NCBI GenBank assembly: GCA_031441465.1
Contig: JANOEP010000009.1
Span: 96,001 to 160,000 of the forward strand
Reading direction: 5' to 3'
Length of the DNA: 64,000 bases
Source of the DNA: a bacterium
GTDB lineage: Bacteria > Krumholzibacteriota > Krumholzibacteriia > LZORAL124-64-63
Position numbers and translations under genes: made by a program. This document shows, in pieces, positions 49,655-62,043 of the stretch. Numbering within the stretch: position 1 is the stretch's first letter; each line of letters begins with the position of its first letter. The notes beneath the pieces are model-generated. The model searched no databases and was not told the origin of the DNA. It saw nothing but the letters and a program-made list of their open reading frames with translations.

Positions 49655-51586
49655 CTACAGCTCGATGTTCAGCAGCTTCGCCAATTCGGTGACGCCGCGG
49701 TCGAACTTCAGCAGCGCGGCCTCGATGGCGTCGGGCCGCGTCAGGTCCACGCCCGCCTTCTTCAGCAGGTCCAGCGGCGGCTCGCTGCAACCGCCCCTGA
49801 GCATCTCGAGGTAGCCGTCGACCGCGGGCTGCCCGTCCGCCTTGACCTTCTCGGCGATGGCGATGCCGCAGCTCAGGCCCGTCGCGTAGCTGTAGACGTA
49901 GTACTTGTAGTAGAGGTGCGGGATGTAGGCCCACTCCAGGCCGTCGTCCTCGCCCAGGGTGTAGCCCGCGCCGTAGTAGCGCTGCACGAGGTCGCGGTAG
50001 GTCGCGTCCAGCAGCGACGCCGTGACCGGCGTGCCGACCTCGACGAAGCCGTGCACCCGGCGCTCGAACTCCGAGAACAGGGTCTGGCGGTAGATCGTGG
50101 TGCGGATGCCCTCTAGTTCGTCGACCAGCAGGCTCGCCCGCTCCCGCGGGTCGGCGGCGTGCGCGGCCAGGTAGTCCGACAGCAGCGCCTCGTTGCAGGT
50201 CGAGGCGATCTCGGCCAGGAACGGCACGTAGCGGGAGCTGTGGTAGGGCTGGCTCTCCATCGCGAGCCAGCTGTGCAGGGCGTGGCCGTACTCGTGCGCG
50301 AGGGTCGACAGGTCGTCCAGGCCGTCCTGGTAGTTCATCTTCACGTACGGGTGGCGCCCGTAGACGTTGGCCGAGAAGGCCCCGCTCTCCTTGTCGTCGC
50401 TGGGGTAGAGGTCGATCCAGCCGTTGCGGGGATCCAGGCCCTCCATCAGCATCGCGACGTACCGCGGGCCCAGCGGCGCCAGGGCGGCCGGCAGGATCGC
50501 CAGGGCGTCGGTGAAGGGGACCTCCTTCTGCGCGGCCGCGGCCATCGGCACGTACAGGTCGTGCAGGCGCAGGTCGTCGAGGCCGAGCGCCTTGCGGCGC
50601 AGCTCCATGTAGCGGTGCAGGGGCGCGAGGTTGGCGTTCACCGCGGCGATCAGGTTGTTGTGCACGGCGACCGGCAGGCCGTCCTTGTCCAGGTACGCCG
50701 CCAGCGCGGTGTCGTAGCCGCGGGCGCGCGCGTACATGACGTCCAGCTCGCACTGCCCGCCGAGCGTGGCGGCGAACACGTGCTGGAACTGCCGCAGCGT
50801 GGCCAGGAACGCCCCGACGGCCTCGGCGCGCACCGTGCGGTCGGGCGAGAGCCGGAAGCGCGAGTAGTTCGACAGCGTCAGCTGGACTTCCTTGCCCTCG
50901 GCGTCGTGGACGACGGGCCAGACGATGTCCGACAGCAGCGCCTGGAAGGACTCCTCCACGCTGCTGGTGATCTCGTTCAGGTCGATCTCGGCCCACAGGT
51001 TGTCGCCGGCCAGCTGCAGGACGCTTTCCGCCTGCGGGTCGAGCACCCGGTCGCGCCGCCGTCCCAGGTTGTCCAGGTAGCTGCGGTACGCGGCCGGCCC
51101 GTCCTCGGCGGCGTAGGCCTCGCGCAGCGTCGCTTCGTCCAGGGCCAGGGCTTCGGCCCGGATGAAGCCGGCGGCCGCGGTCAGCTCGTCCAGCAGGGCC
51201 AGGCCGCGCTGCGAGCGGGCCTGGGCCGTCTCGTCGGTCAGCGCGACGTCCAGCGCCAGGTTGGCGTACTGCTGCACGTGGCTGACGCGGTCGTGGAGCG
51301 AGAAGTACAGCGCCAGGCAGTCGCGCAGGGTCTTCGGGTCGGACAGGCGCCCCCGGTAGGCGGCCAAGCCGCCGATCTCCTTCTGGAGCGCCGTGCGCGC
51401 CGCCTCCCACGCCGCCTCCGACGGGAACAACGGCGTCAGGTCCCACTTGTAGACGTCGGGCACCAGGGCGCGCTGCGCGTTGGAGTCCGGGGTGTAGGCC
51501 GGCAGATCGGCGGCCGGCGCCGCCGCGGCGAGCAGGCCACCGGCGATCAGCACGACCGCGAAACGAAAACGGTTCATCGACAGCAT
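49655..51586 (-). CDS. pepF: Oligoendopeptidase F (M3B) with N-terminal signal peptide
   Basis: YKWDLTPLF, WIDLYP..KESGAFS, TLAHEYGHALHS, AEIASTCNE, RQTLFSEFE, IPHLY..YYVYSYATG. Confidence 0.93.
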   Translation of the reverse strand: MLSMNRFRFAVVLIAGGLLAAAAPAADLPAYTPDSNAQRALVPDVYKWDLTPLFPSEAAWEAARTALQKEIGGLAAYRGRLSDPKTLRDCLALYFSLHDRVSHVQQYANLALDVALTDETAQARSQRGLALLDELTAAAGFIRAEALALDEATLREAYAAEDGPAAYRSYLDNLGRRRDRVLDPQAESVLQLAGDNLWAEIDLNEITSSVEESFQALLSDIVWPVVHDAEGKEVQLTLSNYSRFRLSPDRTVRAEAVGAFLATLRQFQHVFAATLGGQCELDVMYARARGYDTALAAYLDKDGLPVAVHNNLIAAVNANLAPLHRYMELRRKALGLDDLRLHDLYVPMAAAAQKEVPFTDALAILPAALAPLGPRYVAMLMEGLDPRNGWIDLYPSDDKESGAFSANVYGRHPYVKMNYQDGLDDLSTLAHEYGHALHSWLAMESQPYHSSRYVPFLAEIASTCNEALLSDYLAAHAADPRERASLLVDELEGIRTTIYRQTLFSEFERRVHGFVEVGTPVTASLLDATYRDLVQRYYGAGYTLGEDDGLEWAYIPHLYYKYYVYSYATGLSCGIAIAEKVKADGQPAVDGYLEMLRGGCSEPPLDLLKKAGVDLTRPDAIEAALLKFDRGVTELAKLLNIEL

Positions 51587-51737
51587 GGGCGCCTCCTGGA
51601 GCGTTCACCGGCGAAAATCGCCGATTGCGTCCTGTACTGGACAACCTATCATAGCCCCTGACCGCGGGCCAGTCCCGCTCAGTTCGCACCCGCGGGCCGG
51701 AAGTTGCAGCCATTCCCACAAGGACCGCTGTCCGCAC

Positions 51738-53576
51738 ATGAAATCCCGCCTGAAGCTGCCCGCCGACCTCGGCGCGACCTACACGCGCACGCTGCTGATC
51801 GTGCTGCTGAACCTGCCCCTGATCTGGGGCAGCCTGCTGTGGGATCTGCGCGGCGTCGACTTCTCGGCCCTGACGGCGGCCTACGCGGCCGCGGTGCTGG
51901 CGGGCTGGTACGTGCTGCCCCTGCTGGTGGTGCTGGGCGCGGTCTTCCTGCTGCCGCTGCGCCGGGCCGTCGCGCCGACGGTCGCGCTGCTCATGGCGGT
52001 GTACGTCTACTACCTGCTGCTGGACGCCGTGGCCTACGGAGTCATCCGGATCCACATCGACTTCTTCTGGCTGGAGTACCTGGTCCGGGACTTCGCAGGC
52101 CTCGGGCTGCCCGACTCGTCGGTGGCCACCGCGGTCGCGGCGCTCGCCGCCGTGCTGCTGCTGGAGTTCGGCATCCTGACCCTGTCGGGCCGCCTGCGGC
52201 CGCCGCGCCGGTTGGCGCCCGCGGTCTGGGCCGTCGCGGCGCTGGCGATGACCGCCAGCCAGGTCCTGCACATCGTGGCCTATCAGGAGAACGACAGCCG
52301 CGTCACCGTGCTGACGCCCCACCTGCCCTTCTATGTCCCCTTCACCTCGCACCGCAACGCCGACAAGTACGGCGACCTGCTGCCCTTCGCGGTGGACGAG
52401 AACCTCGCCGTGATGGAGGAGTCGACCGCGTCGCTCAACTACCCGCTGGCCCCGCTGACCTTCGACCCGGCCGCGGCCCCGAGCCCGCCGAACCTCGTGG
52501 TGATCCTGCTGGAGAGCTGGCGTTACGACATGATGGACGCGGACGTGTCGCCGAACATCCACCGGCTGTCGCTGGAATCCTCGGTCTTCACGGACAACCT
52601 CAGCACGGGCAACCAGACCACCGCCGGCATCTTCGGCCTCTTCTACGGCCTGCACCCGACCTACTGGGCGGCGGTCAAGGCCAACAGCGCCCGCCTCGAC
52701 AACCCCGTGCTCGTCGACGCCATGACCGACCGCGGCTACGCCTGCGCCCTCTACGCCCGCTCCAAGTTCGGGCGCCACAAGATCCAGGACACGATGTTCC
52801 GGGGTATTGCGCTGTACGAGGACTTCGCGGGCAAGAACGTCCCGGAGATGGACGTCGACCTCACCGAGGGGTTCCTCGGCTTCCTGCGGCAGCAGGCGGC
52901 CCGCGGCGGCCCGTTCTTCGGCCTCGCCTTCTACAAGTCCTCCCACTACGACTACTGCTACCCGCCCGAATACGAGATCGACCGGCCGTCCAAGAACATC
53001 AACATGGCGTTCATGAACGCCGGCACCGACCCGGCCCCGTACCTGAACGACTACCGCAACGCCGTGCGCTACACCGACATGATGGTGGGACGGGTGCTCG
53101 ACGAACTGCGGGCGCTCGACCTGCTCGACAAGACCATCGTCGTGGTGACGACCGACCACGGCGAGGCCTTCAACGACGACGGCGCCAACTTCTGGGGCCA
53201 CGGCACCAACTACACGAAGTACGAGGTGCAGGTGCCGCTGATCATCCGTTTTCCGGACCGCGCGCCCGCCGTCTACACGCACCGCACCTCGCACGTCGAC
53301 CTCGCGCCGACGCTGCTGACCCGCTACTTCGGCTGCACGTCCGATCCGCGCACCTACTCGAACGGGCGCGACCTGTTCGACGCGACGGCGGCGCCGCGCG
53401 CCTACGTCGCCTCGAGCTACGTCAACCACGCCTTCATCTTCGGCGACGACGTGCACGAGATCCTGCCGCTCTCGACCCGCAAGTACCGCTTCGGCGACGC
53501 CAAGGCCGCCGGCGACGACCCGCCGTCCGGACTGCTGCGGTCGGTGATGGAAGAGATCAACCGGTTCTACAAATAA
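51738..53576 (+). CDS. Membrane-anchored sulfatase-like/alkaline phosphatase superfamily protein (YejM/LapC-like)
   Basis: About five N-terminal TM helices; LNYPLAPL, NLVVILLESWR, STGNQT..GIFGLFYGL, VVTTDHGEAFND, TSHVDLAPTLL. Confidence 0.82.
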   Translation: MKSRLKLPADLGATYTRTLLIVLLNLPLIWGSLLWDLRGVDFSALTAAYAAAVLAGWYVLPLLVVLGAVFLLPLRRAVAPTVALLMAVYVYYLLLDAVAYGVIRIHIDFFWLEYLVRDFAGLGLPDSSVATAVAALAAVLLLEFGILTLSGRLRPPRRLAPAVWAVAALAMTASQVLHIVAYQENDSRVTVLTPHLPFYVPFTSHRNADKYGDLLPFAVDENLAVMEESTASLNYPLAPLTFDPAAAPSPPNLVVILLESWRYDMMDADVSPNIHRLSLESSVFTDNLSTGNQTTAGIFGLFYGLHPTYWAAVKANSARLDNPVLVDAMTDRGYACALYARSKFGRHKIQDTMFRGIALYEDFAGKNVPEMDVDLTEGFLGFLRQQAARGGPFFGLAFYKSSHYDYCYPPEYEIDRPSKNINMAFMNAGTDPAPYLNDYRNAVRYTDMMVGRVLDELRALDLLDKTIVVVTTDHGEAFNDDGANFWGHGTNYTKYEVQVPLIIRFPDRAPAVYTHRTSHVDLAPTLLTRYFGCTSDPRTYSNGRDLFDATAAPRAYVASSYVNHAFIFGDDVHEILPLSTRKYRFGDAKAAGDDPPSGLLRSVMEEINRFYK

Positions 53577-53736
53577 CGGCGACGCACGTTATTTCGATCA
53601 CACCACTTTTGGCCTCGCGCCTGCATCCCGGCCTCTGCTACACTTTGAACGGTCGGTGACGCCGCCTTTTGCACGGGCGGCGTCCTGGAGGCCGGCCCCC
53701 TCGCACGCTCCTCACGTTTCACCGACAGGAGTGACG

Positions 53737-56331
53737 ATGCCACGGAAAGCTCTCGCCGCCACATTCGCCCTGCTCGCCCTGATCCTCCTGCTCGCCTCGC
53801 CCGGCTTCGCCGCCGCCACGCGGGCCTACGCGCCCGCCCAGGACGGCTTCGTGCCGCAGGCGAAGGAAGTCGAACTCTACGCGCCGGACCGCCTGCTCGT
53901 GCAGCTCTCGCCCGCCGGCCTGACGGCTTCGCGGCTGTCCATGTTGCTGGACAAGGGTGCCCGCGCTCCCGGCGCCGCGACCGGCATCGCGTCGCTCGAC
54001 GCCCTGGCCGCCGCCGCCGGCGTGCGGACCGTCGAGCGCCCCTACGACCTGCCCGGCGACGCCGCCAAGGCGGCGGACCTCGGCGTCGACCGCTGGTTCC
54101 TGTTCCGCTTCGAGACCGAGCAGGACATGGCCGACGTGGCCAAGACGTTCGGGCGCGACCCGTCCGTCGAGGCCGTGTCCCTGGACTGGGTGGCCTTCCC
54201 GGCCGCCGTCCCGGCCGACCCCCTGTACGTCAATCACTGGGGCCACAACAACACCGCCCAGCTGCCCGGCCTGGACTGGGGCGGCACCTACGACCACACC
54301 CTGACCACCACTGTCGGCACCATCGGCTTCGACGCCAACGCCCAGGTCGCCTGGGACGGCAGCCAGGGCTACGGCAGCAGCAGCGTGATCGTGGCCATCA
54401 TCGACAGCGGCGTGGACATCGACCACCCCGACCTGCGCCTGGTCACCGGCTACGACTTCGGCAGCAACGACACCAACCCCGACGACAACAGCACCACCGC
54501 CGGCCACGGCACCTGCTGCGCCGGCGTGGTCGCCTCGATGAACAACACGATCGGCTGCGCGGGCATCGCCGCCGGCGTCAGCATCATGCCGCTGAAGGTC
54601 GCCACCGCCACCGGGGCGATGTACTTCTCGGCGATCCAGAGCGCCCTGTACTACGCCGCCGACCACGCGGCCGACGTCGTCAGCATGAGCCTCGGCGCCG
54701 CGATCAGCAGCGACGCCGCCACCGACACGGCCATCCTGTACGCCTACAACGCGGGCTGCACCATCCTGGCCGCGACCGGCAACGAGAACATGAGCACCAT
54801 CAGCTACCCGGCCATCAACGCCAACGTGATCGGCGTCGGCGCGGCCTCCCCCTGCGGAGAGCGCAAGCGCAGCTCGAGCAGCAGCACCGAGGTCAACTCC
54901 GGCGTGGCCACCGACCCCAACGGCTACACCTGCGACGGCGAGCGCTGGTGGGGCTCGAACTACGGCACGACCACGCAGAACGGGGCCGGCGCCGTGGACG
55001 TCCTCGGCCCGACCATCCTGCCGACCACCGACATCGTCGGCAGCGGCGGCTACCGGACGGGCGACTACGAGCCCTTCTTCAACGGCACCAGCTGCGCCAC
55101 GCCGTACGTGGCGGGCGTCTGCGCCCTGATCGTCTCGAAGAACCCGACCTGGACCCCGGCGCAGATCCGGACCCAGCTGCTGACCACCGCCCAGGACGTG
55201 ACCTCGGTCGAGTCCGCGGCGGGCTGGGACCGCTACGCGGGCTTCGGCATGGTCGACGCGGCCGCGGCCGTCGGCGGCGGCACGGCGCCGGTCGCGCCGG
55301 TGGCCAACTTCTCGGCGACGCCCCTGACGGGCGCCGCGCCCCTGGCGGTCGTGTTCACCGACCTGTCCACCAACACGCCGACGAGCTGGAGCTGGAACTT
55401 CGGCGACGCCGGCACCTCGACGCTGCAGAGCCCCAGCCACACCTACGCCGCGACCGGCACCTACACCGTGACGCTGACCGCGACCAACAGCGCCGGCTCG
55501 GACGGCGAGACCAAGACCGGCTACATCGTCGTGACGACGTCGTCGGGCACCTGGACGGTCATCTCGTCGGACAACTTCGAGACCGGCATGGGCACCTACA
55601 CCGACGGCGGCGGCGACATGGTCCGCTACACGGCCACGACGTACTCGCACCAGGGCGCCGCGTCGGCCAACATCCAGGACAACAGCGGCACCGCGTCGTC
55701 GTTCTACCACACGGCCAACAAGAACGTGTCGACCTACTCGAACCTCGAAGTCAGCTTCTGGTTCAAGGCCGTGAGCATGGAGACCGGCGAGGACTTCTGG
55801 CTGCAGTACTACGACGGCGCGGCCTGGCGCACCGTGGCGACCTACGTGTCGGGCACCGGGTTCAGCAACAACGTGTACTACAACAAGGTCGTGACGATCC
55901 CGCGCGCCACCTACGCGTACCCGACCACCGCCAAGCTGCGCTTCATGTGCGACGCCAGCGACAACAACGACGACGTCTACATCGACGAGATCGTGTTCCG
56001 CGGCTACACCGCGGCCCTGGCGACCGCCGGCGCCGACGAAGCCGCGTCGGCCGACAAGGCCCTGCCGACCCCGTTCGCGCTGGGCCGGAACCGCCCGAAT
56101 CCGTTCAACCCGTCCACCACGTTCGAATTCAGCCTCCCGGCCGCCTCGCGCGTGCTGGTCCAGGTGTTCGACCTGAAGGGCCGGGCGGTCGCCACCCTGG
56201 CCGACGGGCAGTACGGCGCCGGCGCCCACAGCGTCCGCTGGGACGCCGCGGAGTTCCCGTCGGGCACGTACTTCTACCGGATCGACGCGGACGGCCGCAC
56301 GAGCGTTCGCAAGATGACGCTGCTGAAGTAG
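53737..56331 (+). CDS. S8 subtilisin-family serine peptidase with PKD domain and FlgD-Ig/T9SS-like C-terminal domain
   Basis: Triad IIDSGVD / GHGTCCAG / FNGTSCATP; PKD (VANFSA..WSWNFGD..TYTVTLT); PNPFNPST...SGTYFYR. Confidence 0.93.
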   Translation: MPRKALAATFALLALILLLASPGFAAATRAYAPAQDGFVPQAKEVELYAPDRLLVQLSPAGLTASRLSMLLDKGARAPGAATGIASLDALAAAAGVRTVERPYDLPGDAAKAADLGVDRWFLFRFETEQDMADVAKTFGRDPSVEAVSLDWVAFPAAVPADPLYVNHWGHNNTAQLPGLDWGGTYDHTLTTTVGTIGFDANAQVAWDGSQGYGSSSVIVAIIDSGVDIDHPDLRLVTGYDFGSNDTNPDDNSTTAGHGTCCAGVVASMNNTIGCAGIAAGVSIMPLKVATATGAMYFSAIQSALYYAADHAADVVSMSLGAAISSDAATDTAILYAYNAGCTILAATGNENMSTISYPAINANVIGVGAASPCGERKRSSSSSTEVNSGVATDPNGYTCDGERWWGSNYGTTTQNGAGAVDVLGPTILPTTDIVGSGGYRTGDYEPFFNGTSCATPYVAGVCALIVSKNPTWTPAQIRTQLLTTAQDVTSVESAAGWDRYAGFGMVDAAAAVGGGTAPVAPVANFSATPLTGAAPLAVVFTDLSTNTPTSWSWNFGDAGTSTLQSPSHTYAATGTYTVTLTATNSAGSDGETKTGYIVVTTSSGTWTVISSDNFETGMGTYTDGGGDMVRYTATTYSHQGAASANIQDNSGTASSFYHTANKNVSTYSNLEVSFWFKAVSMETGEDFWLQYYDGAAWRTVATYVSGTGFSNNVYYNKVVTIPRATYAYPTTAKLRFMCDASDNNDDVYIDEIVFRGYTAALATAGADEAASADKALPTPFALGRNRPNPFNPSTTFEFSLPAASRVLVQVFDLKGRAVATLADGQYGAGAHSVRWDAAEFPSGTYFYRIDADGRTSVRKMTLLK

Positions 56332-56357
56332 CGTCCGCCCGCAACCGAGCACGAGAA

Positions 56358-56389
56358 AGCCCGGCCGGACCGCGAGGTCCGGCCGGGCT
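56358..56389. terminator. Bidirectional intrinsic terminator
   Basis: AGCCCGGCCGGACC-GCGA-GGTCCGGCCGGGCT, 14-bp stem with GNRA loop, between convergent genes. Confidence 0.75.
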
Positions 56390-56418
56390 GTTTCATCGGC
56401 GCCGGGAGGGCGCCGCCG

Positions 56419-58323
<1,905 letters not shown>

Positions 58324-58393
58324 GGGCGGGCTGTTCTCCTGCGCTCGGGGTCGGGTCGTCGCGTGAGCGCGACAATGTAGCACACAAAAGGCG

Positions 58394-60898
58394 TCAACGT
58401 GCCATCCGGATCAGGAACGGGTACTCCTGGTTCTCAGGGTTGGCCCGGCAGGCCTCCTGCAGGGCCTGCAGTCCGCCGCGGGAATCGCCGCTGGTCTGGC
58501 GCACCAGGCTCTCGGTCAGCAGCCGGTTGCCCTCGACGAAGCGGGCCATGCGGGCCGGGTCGGGGATCCCGTCGAAGATCTTCCCGACGCCGACGCGGCG
58601 CTCCTGCAGGTAGCGCAGGTTCGCCGTCAGGTTGGCTTCGTCCAGGCAGCCGGGGGCGAAGAACTCGGTGGTGGAACGGTCGTCGGTGTTGCGCCGGACG
58701 CCGGCGGCCAGCCGGCCGATCGCCGGGCCGTCCAGCGCCAGGGTCGCCGCCAGGTGGTAGGGGTCGTTGTAGAAGTGCGGATCCTCGCCCAGCGCGGCGG
58801 CGCGGGCGGCCCAGTCGTCGAAATCGATCCGCAGCGGCGCCGTGGAGCCCAGCAGCACGGCGTGGTAGTGGCCCAGCCAGACGGCGCAGTCGGGGAACAC
58901 GTCGTGGAAGGTGGCGATCAGGCCCATCAGTTCCACCGCACGCAGCTTGTGCAGCGGCAGGTACTGCGACACCAAGCCGCCGGGATTCAGGCGCGATCGG
59001 CACAGCTCGAAGTACTCGCGCGTGTACAGGTTGCCCGAGCCCAGCACCGGGTGCGTCGGGTCGCAGGAGATCAGGTCGTACTTCCGGGCGGACGCCTGCA
59101 GGCGCCGCCGCCCGTCGCCCTGCACGATCGTCAGGCGCGGGTCGGCGACCACGTCGTGGTTCAGGTCGCGGTAATAGGTCGCGGCTTCCTTCAGCCCCGG
59201 CACCAGCTCGACGCAGGTGATCGACCGCACCTCGGGATGGGCGGCGATGGCCGAGGTCGTCACGCCGATGCCGAAGCCGATCACCAGCACGTCGCGCAGT
59301 TCGGGCTGCACCAGGAACGGGAAGTGCCCGACCATCTTGACGACCTTGAGCGCGTCGTAGGACGAACCGATGACCGCGCTGTTGTTGACGTAGGTATAGA
59401 GGGCCTCCGAGCGGGTGTCGCGGTCCCGCCCCACCGTGACGGTCCCCTCGACGGTCTCGTCGTAGAACAGCACCTCGCGATCGAAACGCCCGAACGAGGG
59501 CGGCAGGATGCGGATCTCCGGCCGCCAGGCCACAACCACGAGCAGCGCCACGAGCGTTCCGAGCAGGGCGGGGCCGGCCCAGATCGGCGCCGGCACCCGG
59601 CGCCGGACGAACCCGTGCTGGATCCGCCAGGCGGCGGCGACCGGCACCGCGACGACGGCCACGATCGCCACGGCCGCGCCCAGCGCCGGGATCAGCACGA
59701 ACGCCGCGACCACCGGGCCGAGCACGCAGCCGGCGGTGTTGACCGCGAGCACGATTCCCACCTCACGCCCGATCCCGCCGCGCCCGGCGGCCGCCAAGCT
59801 GCAGGCCAGCGGGAACGCATAGCCGGAGCACACCGCGGGCGGCACCACGATCAGCAGGGACGCCGCCAGCGGCAGCAGCAGGATCCGCACGAAGGCGTGG
59901 CCCGACGCCTCCTGGAAGGGAAACAGCAGCAGTTCGGGCAGGCGCGCCAGCAGCAACAAACCCAGCAGCGCGGTCGCGGCCAGCAGCAGCAGGGCGCGCA
60001 GCAGTGAGCGCCCGGGATCCGTCACCCGGGCGGCGCGGCGTCGGAACAGCTCGCTGCCCAGGTACAGACCCAGGATCGCGAGCGAGGCGATCAGCGCGAA
60101 GGTGTAGCTGGTGTTCGTCAGATAAATGCGGAACATCCGCATCCAGACGACCTGCAAAGCGAGGACGGCAAAACCGCAGGCGAACGCCGCGGCCGGGGCC
60201 GCGGATCGCCCGGACCAGGCCGACGCCGCAGCCTGGCGCCGGGGAAGGTCGGCCTCGGCGACAGCGGCGCCCGCCGCGGGGATGCCCGCGGTCCGCTTGG
60301 CGGCGAGCAGCCACCCGCCCAAGGCGAGGTCGATCGCCACGGCCAGCAGCAGCGTGGCGTGCTGGCCCAGCGTCCCGAGCAGCACGAACCCCGCCGCCAG
60401 ACCGCCCAGGGCGCTGCCCAGCGTCTCGAGTGCGTAGAGACGGCCCAGGACCGGCGCGAGCCCGCTCCCCGACGCGGCGGCGAGCCGGCCCGCGAGCGGG
60501 AAGATGCCGCCCATCAGGAACGACGGCACGCTGAGCAGCAACACGGCGACCAGGTACGAGGGCACGACCCCCAGCCGGGGCAGCAAGCTCCCTGCCAGCA
60601 GGTAGGCGAGACCGCCGAAACCGCCGAGCCCCAGCAGCAGCGCCGCCAAAAGTGTCCAGGGATGCGACGCCCGGTCGGCGGCGCGGCCCCACACGGCCGC
60701 CCCGATGCCGAAGCCGGCCATGAAGGCCGCCAGGACGAGCGTCGCGGCCGTCACCGTGGCGCCCAGGACCAACGACAGCAGCCGGTTCCAGACCACCTCG
60801 TGGATCAGGAAGGCGAAGCCCGCCCCGAACAGGACGAGGCCCAGCACGGCCTGATCGGGGGTGGCGGGAGCTCGGGATTGGCGTGCGGTCCGGTCCAT
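58394..60898 (-). CDS. Fused multi-TM (MFS-like)/spermidine synthase-like protein
   Basis: About 13 TM helices (EVVWNRLLSLVLG, LYALETLGSALGG), then VLVIGFGIGVT, VELVP, GDGR, YDLISCDP, LYTREYF, LNPGG. Confidence 0.88.
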   Translation of the reverse strand: MDRTARQSRAPATPDQAVLGLVLFGAGFAFLIHEVVWNRLLSLVLGATVTAATLVLAAFMAGFGIGAAVWGRAADRASHPWTLLAALLLGLGGFGGLAYLLAGSLLPRLGVVPSYLVAVLLLSVPSFLMGGIFPLAGRLAAASGSGLAPVLGRLYALETLGSALGGLAAGFVLLGTLGQHATLLLAVAIDLALGGWLLAAKRTAGIPAAGAAVAEADLPRRQAAASAWSGRSAAPAAAFACGFAVLALQVVWMRMFRIYLTNTSYTFALIASLAILGLYLGSELFRRRAARVTDPGRSLLRALLLLAATALLGLLLLARLPELLLFPFQEASGHAFVRILLLPLAASLLIVVPPAVCSGYAFPLACSLAAAGRGGIGREVGIVLAVNTAGCVLGPVVAAFVLIPALGAAVAIVAVVAVPVAAAWRIQHGFVRRRVPAPIWAGPALLGTLVALLVVVAWRPEIRILPPSFGRFDREVLFYDETVEGTVTVGRDRDTRSEALYTYVNNSAVIGSSYDALKVVKMVGHFPFLVQPELRDVLVIGFGIGVTTSAIAAHPEVRSITCVELVPGLKEAATYYRDLNHDVVADPRLTIVQGDGRRRLQASARKYDLISCDPTHPVLGSGNLYTREYFELCRSRLNPGGLVSQYLPLHKLRAVELMGLIATFHDVFPDCAVWLGHYHAVLLGSTAPLRIDFDDWAARAAALGEDPHFYNDPYHLAATLALDGPAIGRLAAGVRRNTDDRSTTEFFAPGCLDEANLTANLRYLQERRVGVGKIFDGIPDPARMARFVEGNRLLTESLVRQTSGDSRGGLQALQEACRANPENQEYPFLIRMAR

Positions 60899-61068
60899 CG
60901 GTGCTCCGGGCGAGGGTCGGGGGTCGGTGGGCGCCGCGCCAATCTAACATGTGGACCGGCCCCGGTCAGGCGGAATGCAGGACGGCGGGATTGCCGCTAC
61001 GCGTCAATACCTGGACCGTCGGCGCTGCCGCGAGGCGTCCGGGAACGCACCGCCCGCGGCCGCGACCG

Positions 61069-62043
61069 TCAGGGCTCGGCCGGGGTGCGGTTGAGGTAGA
61101 TCTCCCGCAGGATGAGCCGGGCGGGCAGGTAGGCCGTGTTGCCGATCTGGCGCTGGCCGCGCGTGTCGGTGAGGTAGGTGACGAACTTGCTCCCCGGCAG
61201 CCCGCCGCGCGCACGGCAAGCCACGTAGACGTAGCACCACAGGGGATAGTCGCCTGTCGAGAGGGTGACGTTGTCCGCCGCCACGGGCGCCGACCCGGGG
61301 CCCGCCCGGATCGCCAGCGCCTGCACTCCCCGCGCGCTGAGGGTCCGGCGCAGGGCGAACGAGTTGACGACCCCGATCGAGCCGGCGTCCGCCAGGACCG
61401 CGGCGATCACCGCGTCTTCGTCCTTCAGGAAGATCGTGCCCGCGGGCGGGTCGATCCCCGTGTCCGGCAGGCCGAGGCGGAGCAGGAGGGTCGTCCAGAG
61501 CCCGGAGTTGGGGTCGGGGACGTAGAGGCGGCGGCCGGGGGCGGCCTTGCCGCGGGCGTGCTGGCGCAGCGACTCGAAGGCGATGACCGTGTCGCCGCGG
61601 GCCGGCGAGGCGACCACCAGCACCGCGCCCAGGGAGACGGGGAACCACAACGCCGTGTCGCCGGTGGCCCGCGTGAAGAGTCCCTGCTCGACGGCACTGG
61701 GCGGCCGCGCGAGGAACGCCGCATCGGCCCGGACGTCGGCCAGGTCCTGCAGGGCCTGGGCCGTCGAACCGGGGCGCACGTCGATGCGCATCTGCGGGTA
61801 ATCCTGGTTGTAGCGCCGCGTGATGGTGTCGATCAGCAGGGGGGCGACGTCGGCGCCGGAGAGAACCAGCATCGTGTCCCGGGCGACCGTCGCGGTGGGC
61901 GGCCTCGAAAAGAGCTTCGAATCCACGCCCGACCGCAGCACGAAGAAGACGATCGCCGCCGCGGCATAGATGAACAGGCGGACGATGACGGTCAGGCGCG
62001 GTCCCCTCAAGCGGGGCGCCGCACCCGCGCCCCGTCGGTTCAC
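61069..62043 (-). CDS. PstS-like (PBP superfamily) substrate-binding domain protein with N-terminal membrane anchor
   Basis: LSGAD..PL, YNQDYP, GSTAQALQDL, DPNSG, GSIGVV, GDYPL..YVY, FVTYLT..GQRQI; GTG start overlaps the upstream TGA (start uncertain). Confidence 0.72.
   Translation of the reverse strand: MNRRGAGAAPRLRGPRLTVIVRLFIYAAAAIVFFVLRSGVDSKLFSRPPTATVARDTMLVLSGADVAPLLIDTITRRYNQDYPQMRIDVRPGSTAQALQDLADVRADAAFLARPPSAVEQGLFTRATGDTALWFPVSLGAVLVVASPARGDTVIAFESLRQHARGKAAPGRRLYVPDPNSGLWTTLLLRLGLPDTGIDPPAGTIFLKDEDAVIAAVLADAGSIGVVNSFALRRTLSARGVQALAIRAGPGSAPVAADNVTLSTGDYPLWCYVYVACRARGGLPGSKFVTYLTDTRGQRQIGNTAYLPARLILREIYLNRTPAEP

Noticed and set aside
49359..53456. 1365-aa minus-strand ORF
   Set aside because: Composite of the antisense of the sulfatase-like gene and an off-frame reading of pepF
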